A stretch of DNA of 64,000 bases from positions 3,348,001-3,412,000 of the forward strand of contig OZ037765.1 in assembly GCA_964035545.1 (NCBI GenBank), read 5' to 3'. This DNA comes from Bugula neritina (taxonomy: Eukaryota > Animalia > Bryozoa). The notes under the pieces are model-generated. The model was not told the DNA's origin, made no database searches, and was given only the letters and a program-made list of their open reading frames with translations. This document shows positions 18,660 through 33,134 of the stretch, piece after piece. A program made the translations under genes and the position numbers. Each line of letters opens with the position of its first letter. The stretch's first letter is position 1.

Positions 18660-20696
18660 AAGATTATTTCTATGTTAACACTATACCAAGCGCAAGCAAT
18701 ATAGTACTGAGATAGTGTTTATAAGTAAAATGAACTAAAATATTATCTGGAAAATTGGAAAAAGTGTTCAGTCATAACTGTTTATTTTGAAAGAGTTCTG
18801 AGCAATCACTTTAAAAACATTTTTCACCACGGTTTCTCACAAAGATATTTAACTATGGATATACTCATGTAAGTTCTTTGTTATATTGAATATAGATAAC
18901 TATCAGAATAATAATATGCTCAGTTGTACTAAAAATGTTAATAAAGTCCATCAGATTATTTGACAAAAATGTACTAGTTTAAAAACAATTAATTGCTCAC
19001 AGAAACATGTTGTAATTTATTCATCAACTTTTAGAATATCAGACTCAACACTTAAGTGACTTTATATATGACTTTATCCGGTGCTATATATGCCAAATAC
19101 ACTCCAAGGTCACACAGCTATACATTCAGAAACTGAAAAAAATCGTTTAACATGTTTAGAATAATAATGTGTCAAACTTTTATAATAAAATTTATGGAAA
19201 ACACAAGAACTGTGCCTGTTTTACAACAAAAGTTAATGCAAAGATATTCATCTACATATTTTAATTAGAAAAGTTATAGTTTTGTGCGAACCATGCGGGA
19301 CATAATATTATATTGATCATTTAGTTTAGTAGATATATATCAACTTACACAGATATATCATTTGATACACTATAAGCCTCATTTCATCAGCAATACATGT
19401 TAAGCCAGCTAAAGCAAAATATACTTTTTAAGAGACTTGTTTGGGCCCAGTAAAAAAAGATTTTAATTTGGCTTACTTACTGTAAGGTCCCTGTAGCTTA
19501 TATCTTCAGCTATATAAAGCTGTATTGCTGCAAAACTCTAATTTTTATTAACAAATAGCGTAGTTTCTTAAAAGTGATGAACCCACATGTACACAAATAT
19601 TTAGAATAAATTGAAGCTAGGGAAAACTTTATGTTTGAATGCATTGTTGAAATTTAACAATGAGCTGTCAATGAAAAGGATGTTATATGACTTGACGTGA
19701 TGAATTCTAAAAATAGCTGTAACAAAGTAGAAATGTCTACTAGCTATTAGATTGCTTATGCTGTGGCTATGGAATGTTGGGAAAACTAGTTGAAAGGTGA
19801 GTTTTAAAAAAGCGTTTTATAAGCATCATATTTTATTATGTTGACTATACATATATTTGTGTGTGTTTGTGCTTGTGTGAGCGTGTGTATTTTCATCAAA
19901 AATTATATAGCACTACTTTTTTAGGGTTTTCCACTCAGAAGATGGATGTCACAGTTTAAACAGGAGAATATTTAATTTAACTAACTCGTTGAAAATAGCT
20001 TCAAACTATAGGTAGCTTTAAATAGGACTACTATAATGATACCAAGCTCATCTAACTGTACAGATGGGCTGAACACTCTTCTGCATGTTAATCAAAGCCC
20101 AAACTAATACAATTCAGAGTACTGATGCTGCTGGCTTTTTATCATCTAAAAAAACTCATTTTTAGATAGACACAGAGTTATTATAAGTTCGCGTGCACCA
20201 AGCTCAGATCTGTATAGAGAGACACATCTTTCAAAGCGATACTTGTCAACTCTGAGTATTCAAAAAGTTTAAGGAGCAAAACTATGTTACTTAAGATAGA
20301 AAACAATCATAATTAATTCCTCAATTATTATTGTTGAAATTGAATTTTCAAAAAAAATTAAAGTAGAAATTTTAATAATGTTTCTGCTTCATGCATGCAT
20401 TCACTAAAATGTAGAAAACAATCTAATATATCTGATTTTCACTAATTAGTAAATTATGCATGCTTTTCAGCTAAAAAAGGTAATCTGGTGTTTAGATAAG
20501 AAAATATGATAATTTTAAGGAGTATTTGCTAAGATTGTATTTTTCAAATGAGGTCAAAGTAAATTTAAAGTTTGGCTAAACTCTCTATTTGTTTATTCTA
20601 TTAAAAACTATGTCTTTCAATTTGCATGCATGAAAAAAATTAAGCTGAAAGCTAATTCTAAAGCTTTGAAAATTATACCAAAAGACAGATACTCAC

Positions 20697-20956
20697 CCAG
20701 CACAGCCTGGTCTAACAGAGTACCTCCACTGACTATCAGACGTGTTAATAGTAGCAGTCTGAGTATTCTCTGCTAACAGTTGACAGTTTCTATTATCAGT
20801 TCTGTAGTTTATTGAGGCACAGATAAATGTTGTCTGCTGCATACACTGAGCTCTACACTCATCTTCACTGGTTGCAGAGAAACTATTCATACTATACCAG
20901 ATGTTATGTAAAGATCTAGTTTACTCACAACTGATGTCCAGTCACAGCTGTTAAAG
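20697..20956 (-). pseudogene. Orphan, frameshifted PAN/apple exon (exon 2 homologue)
   Basis: SEDECRAQCMQQTTFICASINY...RPGCAG*. It has small insertions near the acceptor and at ~20894, and an extra G before the donor that creates TGA. I found no neighbouring exon 1 or exon 3. Confidence 0.8.
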
Positions 20957-21478
20957 CTGAGAACGTGTAATATAGCAAAGCATGAGATAATATATAATAT
21001 TCTATAACAATTTGTCATTTTATATAATACAAACTGAAGAAGCTACAAAACTATTTAGTGGTTGTTTAACAACAACCAGTTGTTGCTATTTTTTGATCAA
21101 TAGCTGTGTCATATTTGCATGTGCTTTATATATCATTCTGCTGACTCGTGACTTCTATTGTGATATAATATTGCTGTTGAAACTGTTTTTAATTTATGAG
21201 GAATAGTTTTTAATAATGACTAAGCAACTATAACATCTATATTAGGTTATTTTTGAATAATTTCTATATATAGCAAAATAATAAAAACATAGTCAATGCT
21301 AACTTGGTATTATCACCTCTTTTTAAAATTACACCTTTTAGAAAATTTTGACAAACCTATAAGTACCAGTATTTTTTTTAACAATAATAAATATATTATA
21401 ATGGTTATTTTTGAATAATTTCTGTATAGAAAAATAATAAAAAACTTAGTAAAGGCTAACCGTGTATTATTGCTTCTA

Positions 21479-21731
21479 TTTTTTTATTTATTTAAACAAT
21501 TATGAAAACTATACAATAATGAAAAAAATAGCAAAAAAGTGTGTTTAGGCCTATATGGCGCAATAGCACTGCAGCTAGTGGAGCACCAGGCCTTTGCTAA
21601 GAAGAACTAGTACAATCTAAAAACAAAATCAAACAAGTTACATTGAGTCAAGCAAGTAAGACTTTACAGCACGTTTGAAATCACCATCTCTTTCAACAGC
21701 ACGAATTGACTTCAGCAGCCCATTCCATATT
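21479..21731 (-). mobile_element. 3'-terminal fragment of a CR1/L2-type LINE
   Basis: Minus strand reads IWNGLLKSIRAVERDGDFKRAVKSYLLDSM*, the typical ORF2 end (WN.LP..IR.....FK..LK), then a 3' UTR and A-rich tail. It interrupts the second copy of a ~150-bp local duplication (units start ~21244 and ~21403). Confidence 0.6.
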
Positions 21732-22125
21732 TAAAAATACCTTTTAGGAAAAATTGACAAACTTTAAAACCAGTATTTTGTTTACCAAATAGTTGTTTCA
21801 ACCTATATTTCTTTTCAATGTCAAAGTATTGTATAAGCTAACATTCCAGAGACGAGAAAGCAAAAGTGTGTTACTGAGAACAAAACTTCTTAAGTTTATT
21901 TGAAGCTATATATATATATATATATATATTATATTGTATATATATGCATTAAGTTTATACAAGTATATGCCTAATATGCTTTGAGATAATAATATATAAT
22001 GCTTTGAGTTTATTCAAGTTTTGTAGACTTAGCAAACTTTTTCAATAAAAAAGTTACATAAATTCCTGACTTGACGTATGAAGTAGATTTTAACTTTTAC
22101 ATCATTTGATTTTTATTGTTTTATG

Positions 22126-22484
22126 TTAACTATATACTATATACTTGAAAATTTTCATAGCAGAATTTATCTGCATCATACATGCATGCAGTTGGTTTTC
22201 ATAATGGTATACTTCATCATGCTCATGGGTACTTATTGTGCTAGCTTGAGAGATTGCTATCTCGCACTCTACACTTAGTTCTGGTTTATCTAATGCAGCT
22301 TTCTGTATTTCAGTAATCACTGCAGGTGTCAGTCCCACTTCTTCAAACTCAAGATTAGGCAGAGCTATATTCTCCTCAGACTCTGTACCAGAAGATCTTC
22401 TCACCAACACCACAATAATAATCACTACTAGTATAATGATAATGAAACCCATTGGAACACCAACTGCTACTCCAACCACCCAGC
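22126..22484 (-). CDS. Orphan but intact TM/cytoplasmic-tail exon (possible alternative last exon of copy C, or a relic)
   Basis: TAG acceptor at 22485-22487, same phase as exon 12, and open to the stop. Reads WVVGVAVGVPMGFIIIILVVIIIVVLVRRSS; the tail has NLEFEEV and SVECEI instead of NPEYEEV and SAEYET. Confidence 0.55.
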
Positions 22485-22579
22485 CTAATACGAATATGAA
22501 TATTATTCGTTTTTACTTTATAAACCATTTGATTTTCGCTTGAGTATTTTAACTAAATTGTTTACATCAGCACACTCAG

Positions 22580-22870
22580 GCTCATCTCATGGAACCTGAG
22601 GGCTTGCTATCTCATATACTCAGTACTCTGTACTGGTACATGTATCCTGTGTAACACTATGAATATTAGATAATTTAAGTTCCATTCCTAATTTTTTATA
22701 TTTAAAAGTAAACTGAGACTTTCTTTTTTTAGACTCAGCACCAGAAAATTTTCTCACCAACACCACACTAAGAATCCCAGCTAGTTATAAAATGTACTGG
22801 TGCAGAGATAGACGCAGTAACATAGGGAGACCCGCAAGTGAAAACACAATTAATATAATATTATATCCAT
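22580..22870 (-). pseudogene. Collapsed gene relic: exon 1 fused directly to a decayed TM/tail exon
   Basis: ATG at 22870 and an exon-1-like stretch (stop at codon 7) run ...TCTGCACCAGTACA straight into GTGGTGTTGGTGAGAAAATTTTCTGGTGCTGAGTCT at ~22793. The segment 22870-23070 matches the 5' flank of copies C, D and E. Confidence 0.7.
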
Positions 22871-23999
22871 ATTGACACTACTTAGTATTTTATATACACT
22901 AAGGTAGTGTTTTGTAAAATGATACATATATACAAATAAATCACAATAGCTATATAGCCTTTAAATATGAGTGGCTAATATATTGACATAATTTACTATA
23001 GTAAGTTAATATGAAAATCACAAAGCGGTATTACAAAGAGGAAGTTATAAACCCCCACGCTAATATTTAGTTGGTATAGTTTAAAAAATAGTCCTACTGG
23101 TCTTATCTATAAAGTTTTACTATTATGAAATGTTGACTAATTTTAGATAGAATTGCTCTATATGCAGCACCATGCCGGAGGTGAAGAAGTGCAGCAATTT
23201 AGGGCTCTCGAGTTTAGATTTTGGAACCTTATAACCTCAAACATGACGAACCAAAACTACTGCACTCATTCACCCCTTGCTGAGATTTTGGATAGAGCAA
23301 TTCTGTTAGACAATTCGAAAAAATATTTGCACTCAGTGGACCCAAGTTTTGTGCTGCATCTAACATCTCTGTCAAATTGGGCATGATCAACTGGTTTAAA
23401 CTAGTTTTCCCACTCACATGACCAAAACATTGTATGCTTTGACCTTCTGACTCTGCCGTCATAAGTGGCTGTCTAAAGTCTACAAATATGATTAGGTAAG
23501 ATGTATACCAGCGTGCTTTATTCCATATGTTTTCTTTTCTATAAACTGTAAACTGCAAACCTTAAAATGGAAAATTCAGTAAAATTATACTTATTGTGTT
23601 TTTATATCTGCTGATAACTATGGTGACTCTAAATTTAATATCTTTCTGTAATAAGGAGGCTAAAAAATAAAAATATAGCGAGGCATCATTACTATAAAGA
23701 TATATATTCATTACAACCAAAACAAAAAGAAAACATTATTGTGGAGTGGTTAAAGCTGAAATATTTAATTCCAATTTATAAAAGCTGTTCTAGTAAAATG
23801 TATAATGAAGCATGTAGATTTAAAACATAATTTTCCATTTCAATCAAACAACAACTTAAACTATGACTTTGTATTTTGTTTAGGCGCAATATGATTAGCA
23901 GAATATAATATTTGCACAATTAAAATACATTAGCAATAATTATTAAGGTTCTAACATGTTGAGAGGTAAAGAAACAAAATTATTTAGTACGTAATGGAG

Positions 24000-26900
24000 C
24001 TATTTTGAAACATTTTCTCTGATTGTAAGATTATTTTCATAGCAGGTTTGTTCCATTTGTTTAGTTACTTTCTCATAGACATGGTCATCTGATGTAGCCT
24101 GAGGACTTGTTGTTTCATATTCAGCACTCTGTACTGGTACATCTCGTGCAACACCCTGATTCTTAGAAGATGTAGGTGCCAGTCCCACTTCTTCATATTC
24201 AGGATTAGGCTGTGCTCTATTCTCCTCAGACTCTGTACCAGAAGATCTTCTCACCAAAATCACAATAATAATCACTGCTTGTAGAATGTTAATGAAACCC
24301 ATTGGAACACCAACTGCTACTCCAACCACCCAGCCTGTTGTAAAAGCAAAAATATAAAAATTGTTTCTATAAAAACAATTTGTATAAATGATCAGTAATC
24401 AAAAAAAATTCAAAGCTGTTTCATATAAATAAACAGTGATCTACAAGTTTGCTGTTATAAATATTCAAAACCAAGGTAATAATTTTGTCAAGGGCTTTAT
24501 TAGTGCATATATTTTTATGATTTCATGTAGATGAATTTGCATTTCAAAAGTCAACTGAGGCACATACATTGAGTTGGTAGTTCACAGATAGGAGGATTGT
24601 CAGACCATTCTCCTTTACCATCTACCAGTTCACATGTGATGACAACAGGACCTTTTCTTATAAATCCTTCTTTACAATCATAATGCACAGAGGAACTCAG
24701 TTTCCAGCTTTTATCAATGACTGGTGTTTTAAGATTTGCTACAGGCCGTGGAGTTGAGCATGTGATTGGTTGAACCACTAAAGCAAAAACAAAATCTCCT
24801 TTGTCATTTTAATAAAGATAAATAGGTAATATCACTTAATTTTTATTAAAGCTGATAATGCAAAATAATAATATATAAGTAGTTTTTCATTTGTTTACTA
24901 AAAACTAAATATAATTCCATACTAGTGTGTTTCAAACTCACATCTTACAGACTCTGCACCAGGAATAGTGGTGAGCTTTAAAACATCCTCTTCAGTCTTA
25001 GCCTTGAATCCAACAGCAATGCGATAAGAGAATTGGTTGTCTAGAGGTCTGTTCCAGTATCCACCATATGTCTGGTTATCACCAATACTAAGTGAGGATG
25101 GGTAGTTGGTAACAGGAAATGATGCTGTTATATAAACAGTCACATTGTCTATTCTATCTACAGTAATGGATCTCTTTTTCTTGGATGACAACTTTTCAAC
25201 AACAATAACCATGGAGTCATATCCTTTCAGAATATCATCAGATGATGTGATGTTTGGTAAAAGTACTGTAATAGTTTCCTTTGTTGGGATGACTACAGTG
25301 TCATTGCTGTATGTCAACACTAGCTCTAAAAAGCAATTACATTGTTTATTATAGCAATTAGGCCTACATTGTTTGATATATTATAACAATAGCTAACTAT
25401 AAAACTTTTAGATTAGACAAGCTTTCTGAGTTTATATTTATTGCAAAGTTTTTTGAGTTCCGAAGTTTGAAGCTTCATGCACCGAAATATTTTTAAAATA
25501 TTGTGAGTAAATCTTTACCTACCTTCAGGTTTAGTCCAGAACACAACTTCTCTGGAACTTTCTCCAAACTCTTTTTTAGACAAAAAAGCTTTAACTGTAC
25601 AGTTGTATTCTACTTGACTATAGAGTGATTCTATAGTTAGAGAGGTGGTAGAAGAGTCAGATGTGTTATAGTAACTCACTGAGTTCACTGTCACACTATC
25701 ATTAAAGGTGTTGTTGGTTGTGATGCATGTTACCTGTAGTCAGTGATTGTATATTAAAACAGTTATATGTAACAGCATTGCAAATTTCGTTAGCAGGTAC
25801 GCATAAAATAATTTTATGTTAGAATGCGTCATGCTTAGACACATTTGCTCTGGAAAGAGTAAATTTATCATATATCACTTTGTGCTAGTCTATAAAGAGA
25901 ATTTGGATGTCAAGGGTATGCTACTCCGAAAACATAGAATGATGACTTGTAAATTGTCATCAGGACTTTTCATGAGAATAAACAGGAGAACATATGTAAG
26001 TATGCATATTATAGTAACTAGAGGAACACAGAAGCATGTTTTATAACCAATTATAATGCAAGTATATATAGCAAGTTGACATTAAAAATCAACTCTGAAG
26101 AACTACATTTATAGGTTTTTATACTCACCTGATACTGTTGAATAGAGTAGATCTTATCTGTATAAACTACTGGTGACCAGGAGAGGATAATTGAAGTAAA
26201 AGTTATGATGTCAACTGTCAGTTCTTCTGGTGAGTTTGGTACTATATAAAGTAAATATTATCATAGGAAAGAATCACTTTTGTTACTCACGAACTCTGTT
26301 TGACTACAAAATGTTTCAGTGCTGTCAAAAGCTTCATACCACTATTTTGAAAACTTCAATTTTATCTATATAGTATCCATATACTTCAACTCATGACTGC
26401 TTGAAAGACAATTAAGTTTTTATTAGACGCAAATCATTTAAAAATTGCATTTATGTTTCCACTAATATAATCTTCATAGTAACCTAAACCCTGATTTATG
26501 TAGAAGAAAAATAAAATACTTGGAACTAATAAAAACCTTTAAATCTTTAAAACACCCACACACATACACATATAAAATTATAGAAGCAACCATGTATACA
26601 CATAAGCCCTCTCACATGCACATTAATTCGTGCAGGAGCAAAGTTATCTTCACACATGCAGCACTTAATATAATATACTTGCAATAACCTCTACTTATAA
26701 CCTTATTTACCTTTACTTTACTTACATACTAGAAGCTGCAATAGCCTCTACCCACCTTTACTAGTTGTGTATTCTTCTTGCCATATTATATTCTCATGTC
26801 CATCTAGGAGTTCTACTTTAATAGTCAGTTCAAAGGTCACGCCTTGCTCTTTAGTGAAAGTCCATGGTCTTGTCTTCATCTGATTGGACAATTGTCTATT

Positions 26901-29900
26901 TCCATAAGTTAATGTAACACTTGATACACAGTCATCAGCTTCCTGTTACAGTAAAAGAGTTTAAATAAGCTTAAATTTAAATAATTTAATAAGCCTAATT
27001 TAATAAAACAGAAGGGGAAGTAGGTATCTGTTACTTCAGAATAATCTCAACAGCGTGAATTGTGATTTATTCATGAATTAAATATAATTATTGAACAGAA
27101 CTACCTACAGTAATAACAATGTTTATATAAGTAATTGCAAAACTATATTCAAAACACATTCCCCAACCTAATCTTAAAAATTAAATATATAAGCAGAGAT
27201 ATGAATTTATATGAACCTACTAGTGAAAGTAAAGACACAGTAACTATTCTCTCCTCTTTTGGTGTCAGAATTCCACTTTCTGTTCTGGTAACATCTTCAG
27301 GTGTTAATTTATCTTTCTCTACAGTATATAAAAATATATATGGTTTAGTAAAAAATATTTGTAACAGGGACAAATACTTAAAATGTAGAGGATACCACAT
27401 CAACCTGCAAAAACATAGTGTTGACTATAAACTGTAGGAATGCAGTTAACAGCACTAATCTGCTAATTATATGTAAAAAGTATTTGAATCGCAGTGCACC
27501 TGCACAGAACAGAGAGCTGACTGTAGAGACATCTTGTATTAACTCTTCACCATTATTATTCCTCACAGTAGATACTCTAGCATAGTGAGGTCGTTGTATA
27601 TTCAGATTACTAATCACAGTCTCTCTGTAGTCTATAGAAACTAATTTAGAGCTTATTATTGTGTTGAAGTTGGAGTTGTCTGAACATTCTATTTTAAAAT
27701 GAGTAGTTGTAAGCTCCTGATTGGGTGTAGTAGCTGGGAATTCCCATGTAATTCTGATTTCTCCTGGTGACACATCTGTATGGGAAGATACTGGATCTCC
27801 AGATAACATCAGAATTTCTAAAAGTAATAAGAAGCAACCTAATTACTTTACCCAAAATGAGGTTACTATACTTAAAATGAAAAAAAATCATCTATTTATA
27901 CTTACATACTTACTTATACTTTATACTTACTATAAGCTATACTAAGTATAGCTTTAGGAATATAATTAATATTTTATATAAAATAATGGTCTATGTAAAA
28001 TTTAGGACAACAACATATTCAGTTTACGTCGAAAACTTTAGACAAAGCTTGCATAACAGGCTATATAAGTTTCAGATATCTATTATATAAATCCAATTAA
28101 AAGTGTACCACCAATAGTATGTACAAGTTTACACGAAAAACAGAAGAAAAATAATTCTATAATGCAGTTTTGTTAGTGCCTTAACCTAAGGGTATATAGC
28201 AGTTGTCTATAATTAGTAGATGAAAGTTTAGTTTAGGCAATGTTTTAAGTATTACACAATATTGTAGCAGGAACAGAATGTGATGTCATCATAATATTGC
28301 ATATAGTAGAACGATATTAAAATAAATATGATCAAGAAAAAAGATGATTTGATTTAAAAAATGCATAGTTAAATTTGTAAAAACCAATTGAATAGTGTTA
28401 AATATATTGCTAAAAAAGGCCATCATAATTAGTGTTTTCCCTAAAGCCGATATGGGCAAAACAACTATCAGAAGATTTGCTCAACTTCACTGAGTTGAGG
28501 GAATGAAAGATTTTCACAGATCAGCAGATTATATAATTTTGCACTTTGAGAAGAAAGAGTACTTGTTCACCTGGTTTCAATTTATGACTTTCAATAAATT
28601 TAAAGCAAAGGAATCTATATGACAGATTTAAACCCGACACCTGCAGTGAAAAGCATGCTCAGGAATTATTTTTGTAATATATATTTTGGTTTGTAGTCGA
28701 TCAACAAGTTACATTGTAACAGAGATTTAAACAAGTAATTTATAAGCTACCGAGTATATAACAAATTATTCAACTTTGCACTACTATTTACCTACATAAT
28801 GAATATTATAATATAATATCAAAACTGAAAGATGATCAAAGCCAAACACTACATACTATAAAGTTTTACTGGCTCACGCAGAACAACTTGCATTTGTCAG
28901 AACACATAGTTGTAAATCTTTCTCTCCCCACTAGGATTCCGGCCTTGGACCATTGACTTATTGCAAGCATGCGCTCTATATACACCGAACAGCAATATTA
29001 AATTCAAAGTGCTGGTTGTAAAGTTGCACTTTCTATACCAAACTATAATGCAATAGCCTATATATGAATATGTTATAGTGGACTAGGATATTACTAGCTG
29101 TTAAGAGTATATATCAAGTTTGCTATGTGAATGCTGTTTACAGTTTAAATTGATCAAACTTATTTAGTTCAAGTGTAGGAGAAAAAATTGTTGACTTTCT
29201 CAAATTTCAATATAAATAAAAAAATTGGAGCTCTGTGCTCTGGCCTCACATATTTCTATATCGCCCTTTCTCAACTGACAACACAAGATTGATTTCCATT
29301 TTCGTACAACTTTTGATTGCAGATAACAGTCCAAGTAGCTGTAAGATCTATAATGAGTAAAATATCAATCAACATATTATACTTAAAATAGCTTCAGGTT
29401 TTGCTGCCTGCACTCCTTATTGGTCAATAATCTATGGCTCATTGCACCAGAGTATTATAAAGATCACCTGCTATGTAGGCTCTCAGTGCTACTCCTCTAA
29501 TTTCTTGTATAACACCTGAATATGTGAGTCTGTCTACTCTGTCTCTGTTAGGGTTATTTCTACGTATATATGCCAAAGGATCTCCTAATCTAACCGGTCT
29601 AAATGAGACGAGGTTACCTCTACAACCAGATCTACTCAAGTCTTCTACATACAGAGCAAGAAAGTCTCCTTTTCTAACTACTTCTGTAGAGTTCTGTACA
29701 AACTGGAATCTGATTCCTCCTGTAGATGCATCTTCAGGTGTGAGTAGAGTTTCTGTAATCAGATTGAATACAGCAGAGTCACCTTCTCCTGTCTGTCTCC
29801 AGATAGCAGCATATGAGTCACAGTAGTCAGTAGAATGACCAATCATATACTTCCAGCCAACTAAATATCCGTCTGCTTCTATCTTATACTTGAAGAGTAA

Positions 29901-32900
29901 CATGAAAGCATGTCCAGCTGATCCATAATTTAATATCTTTGTGTTGCTTGCACTGTCAGAGTTATCTGAAAATAATAATATGTTATTCCTAAAATAAAAT
30001 ATCTCATTTATCAGGTATAGTGCAAACCGCTTTAATTGTAGAAATCTATATGCTTAAATATCACACTATTTAATTGTCTCATTATATCAAATCATACATT
30101 TTCCTATTAATTATTTTTTGACAAATTAGTTGCATAAAACGACTGCATGGCAGGGAAGAGAGGATGGAGGTTTGACACAGTTTGAACTCAACAAAAAAAT
30201 TATTCAAACACACCCTAATCAGTTTATTACACCTCTAAAGGGAGCTGGCAGCTTACCACCTTACTCCACAAAAGGTGATGGAATATAAGATTATCTTTTT
30301 GAAGCATGCAAGATAACCAAAAGGTTTTGCTAGAGGAAATTTGCAAAAAAGGCCTTTTGGTCAGTGTAGAAAATTTATTGTAGGTCACAGCTTACATATG
30401 ATTTCTAATATCATACCAATTAATGATGTGGCACTATAATGTCATGCTAATGAAAAATACTTTTTACTTTTCACATATAAGTCAGAGTTAATGAAATAAT
30501 ATGTATTTGAATTCACTTTGATATTACTTAGACAGCTAGTTAAGATCATGCAATGGCGCAACTGTTTGTTTTACATTTGCCATTTTACAGTATTTTAGCA
30601 CACATTTGCTATACCAATATTGAAAAGCTTATATATCTTTGCTAATTTTAGTTTCACATGCAGCAGCCTAAAGTTAGACTATGTAAGCTTTTCAATTGAA
30701 AATTATGTAAAAGTATTTTTCTTTCAACGCAAAATTATTTGCATATTGATGTGCTCAGAAGTATACATATACATATGGTGTGTTGATTCAAATAATTTGA
30801 GCTAAACCGTGTTAATCCTTCTTGCAAATGTAGAATTTTGCTAATAGGAATTAATAATAAATTGCTTCTATAACTATAGAATTAGATAATGTCGATTATT
30901 TTTGTTAACTTTAAAAGATATACAATAAGCCGCTATAATTATAATATAGCTGCATATCTATTCCAGCAACTAAACATAGCCTATTTTCACACTAGCTAAA
31001 GTTTAAAGTTCAGTTTTTAATCAATAAGTTTCACTCATTATACCTGAATACCAGAGAGGGAGGTTAAAGTACTGATAGTTTGTATGTTTTTCTGGTGTCA
31101 CTCCATTATCATCTGATCTCTTGTTGACAATCTCACATAGATCTCCACTCACTGACTTCACTATAGAACTACAGTTATAACCGATGTCTTCATCTTGTAA
31201 ACAGAAACTCATACAGTCTCTGAGGTCCGATTTACTTGTCTGGTTGTACTTCTGCACTCCACTGTTTAAAAGGTAACCTCTATAAGTAGCTGTCCATGGC
31301 TGCCATATTCCTATATGAAAAAGAAGATATATATGTACATAGCGGAGCTATACTCAATACTTTTAACTACATTAAGATATTTCAATTGCCTCATAATACT
31401 GTAAAAGATATTAATTATTAGACAAAATTGTTTAATTAGTTTTAAGATCACATCACCTTTTGGGTAACATAATAATTATGAAATTATATGATCTATCAAT
31501 ATATAATGAACAATGTGAAGAGTAAAGAGTTTTTGCATCATTCAATAAATTTAGATTGAGGGGCTCTCTAGCTCATAACTAAAACTAAATTATCAAACTA
31601 AATATTGAGAGGTTTCTATGAAATCTTCTTCTGAATAATTAAGTCATAATCCAGCTATCACTTTGTGTTTACAATATAAGTTGTATACCAAACTGCCCAG
31701 ACACACTTTGCCCTAACGTTGACAGTTATAACTGCAAATGCCAGCCATTTTTAAAATTATGAAGGTATAGAGGCTACACTGAGGATCAAACACTGCCTAA
31801 TTAAAAACATAACTCTAGACTCCTATTGGAAAAGAAGACGTGCTCAAAGTGAGTTATTGAGTAAAATTAACCTTACCTCATTGGACATTGGCAGTGACGT
31901 TTTGTTTTTACAGTTACTGCTATGGCAAAGTGTGTCCTGTGTCCTGCCTTAGCAATAACACCAACCTGGCATATTATATAACTATTGCCAAGCTAACAAG
32001 GTTCCATATTCATGAAGTTTGTAAAAAGTTATATATAAATTATATATATAAATAAGTTACAGTTGAACTTTTAATCTGTAAATTAAAACAAGTGTTTGCG
32101 CACTTTACAGCTTATCTTCAATGGAAAATTCTTTTTAAACCAAATGTTTATTAAGCAGGCTGTCCTGGTAACAGATTTATAGCATCTTTGAGTGCCTGGC
32201 TATACAATTGTCAAACATTTGTGAAAAATCAAGTCACGTGCAATGCATGCATTCATTGAAATTGGTTGCCTAATATGTTGCATCTGTTTTTCACTGTTTA
32301 CTTAATTGACATGCTTTTAAAATTAAATTGAATTATAGATTGAAACTGTGAGAAGTGGCACTAAATTCTATCCTGTCTTTCCATTATTCATTAAGGCTAA
32401 AATATCATAATGTCTGGTTTGTGTTAAACTGAAGTCAGCCATAGCATATTCAAAGATTATTTTCAGTTGGTTATTACTCCCACACTACCTGTAAGGATGT
32501 AAAACATAAATAGTAATCATGTAGTGTTAGATTATCATAAATACTCACCAGCACAGTCTGGTCTAACGGAGTACCTCCACTGACTATCAGAACTACTAAT
32601 AGTAGCAGTCTGAGTATTCTCTGCTAACAGTTCACAGTTTCCATCATCAGTTCTGTAGTTTATTGAGGCACATATAAATGATGTCTGCTGCATACACTGA
32701 GCTCTACACTCATCTTCACTGGTTACAGAGAGAGTCTTTATACTACCAGATGTTATGTAAGGAGCTAGTCTACCCACACCTGATGTCCAGTCACAGGTCA
32801 GTCCTGAAAATATGCATATGATGCTATTGCCATATTTTATTCAGGTTATATAATGCTAGATGGAAAGTTTAACGACTTGATACTAACTTTGTAAAGCTTT

Positions 32901-33134
32901 TTAGAATAGCAAGAGTTTACTATGGGTTTATACAATTGATAACTTGTATTGCTATAATAATTGCATCAGTGTGTGCAATTTCTATGTATATGCTACAAAT
33001 AATGGTCATAAAAAACTTAATAGATTGCATTATAAAAACAATATTATATCTAACATACCTTGTACTGGTGCAGAGAGAGACACAGTAACTAGAAAGAACC
33101 ACAAGTGAAAACACAAGTACAGTATTCTCTCCAT
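24000..33134 (-). CDS. Receptor copy C, long form (~983 aa, 12 exons): SP, PAN, PAN-like, unassigned domain, FN3, linker module, FN3, RPTP-like juxtamembrane domain, sushi, TM, Tyr-motif tail
   Basis: Exons 33059-33134, 32549-32803, 31044-31310, 29468-29965, 27500-27817, 27221-27318, 26756-26942, 26129-26241, 25523-25733, 24942-25325, 24568-24777, 24000-24334. AG/GT ends and compatible phases (2952 nt). Confidence 0.85.

Noticed and set aside
23229-23558. 109-aa ORF in the spacer after copy C
   Set aside because: The homologous block in the other spacers has stops and indels, and there is no recognisable domain.
28920-28995. tRNA-like sequence in intron 4 (similar at ~40050 and ~53085)
   Set aside because: The A and B boxes are too degenerate and there is no cloverleaf. 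At most it is an old SINE head.
29524-29826. Plus-strand ORFs antisense to exons (also 25145, 27721, 50368, 50800)
   Set aside because: They are shadows of the minus-strand coding exons and are not preserved between copies.
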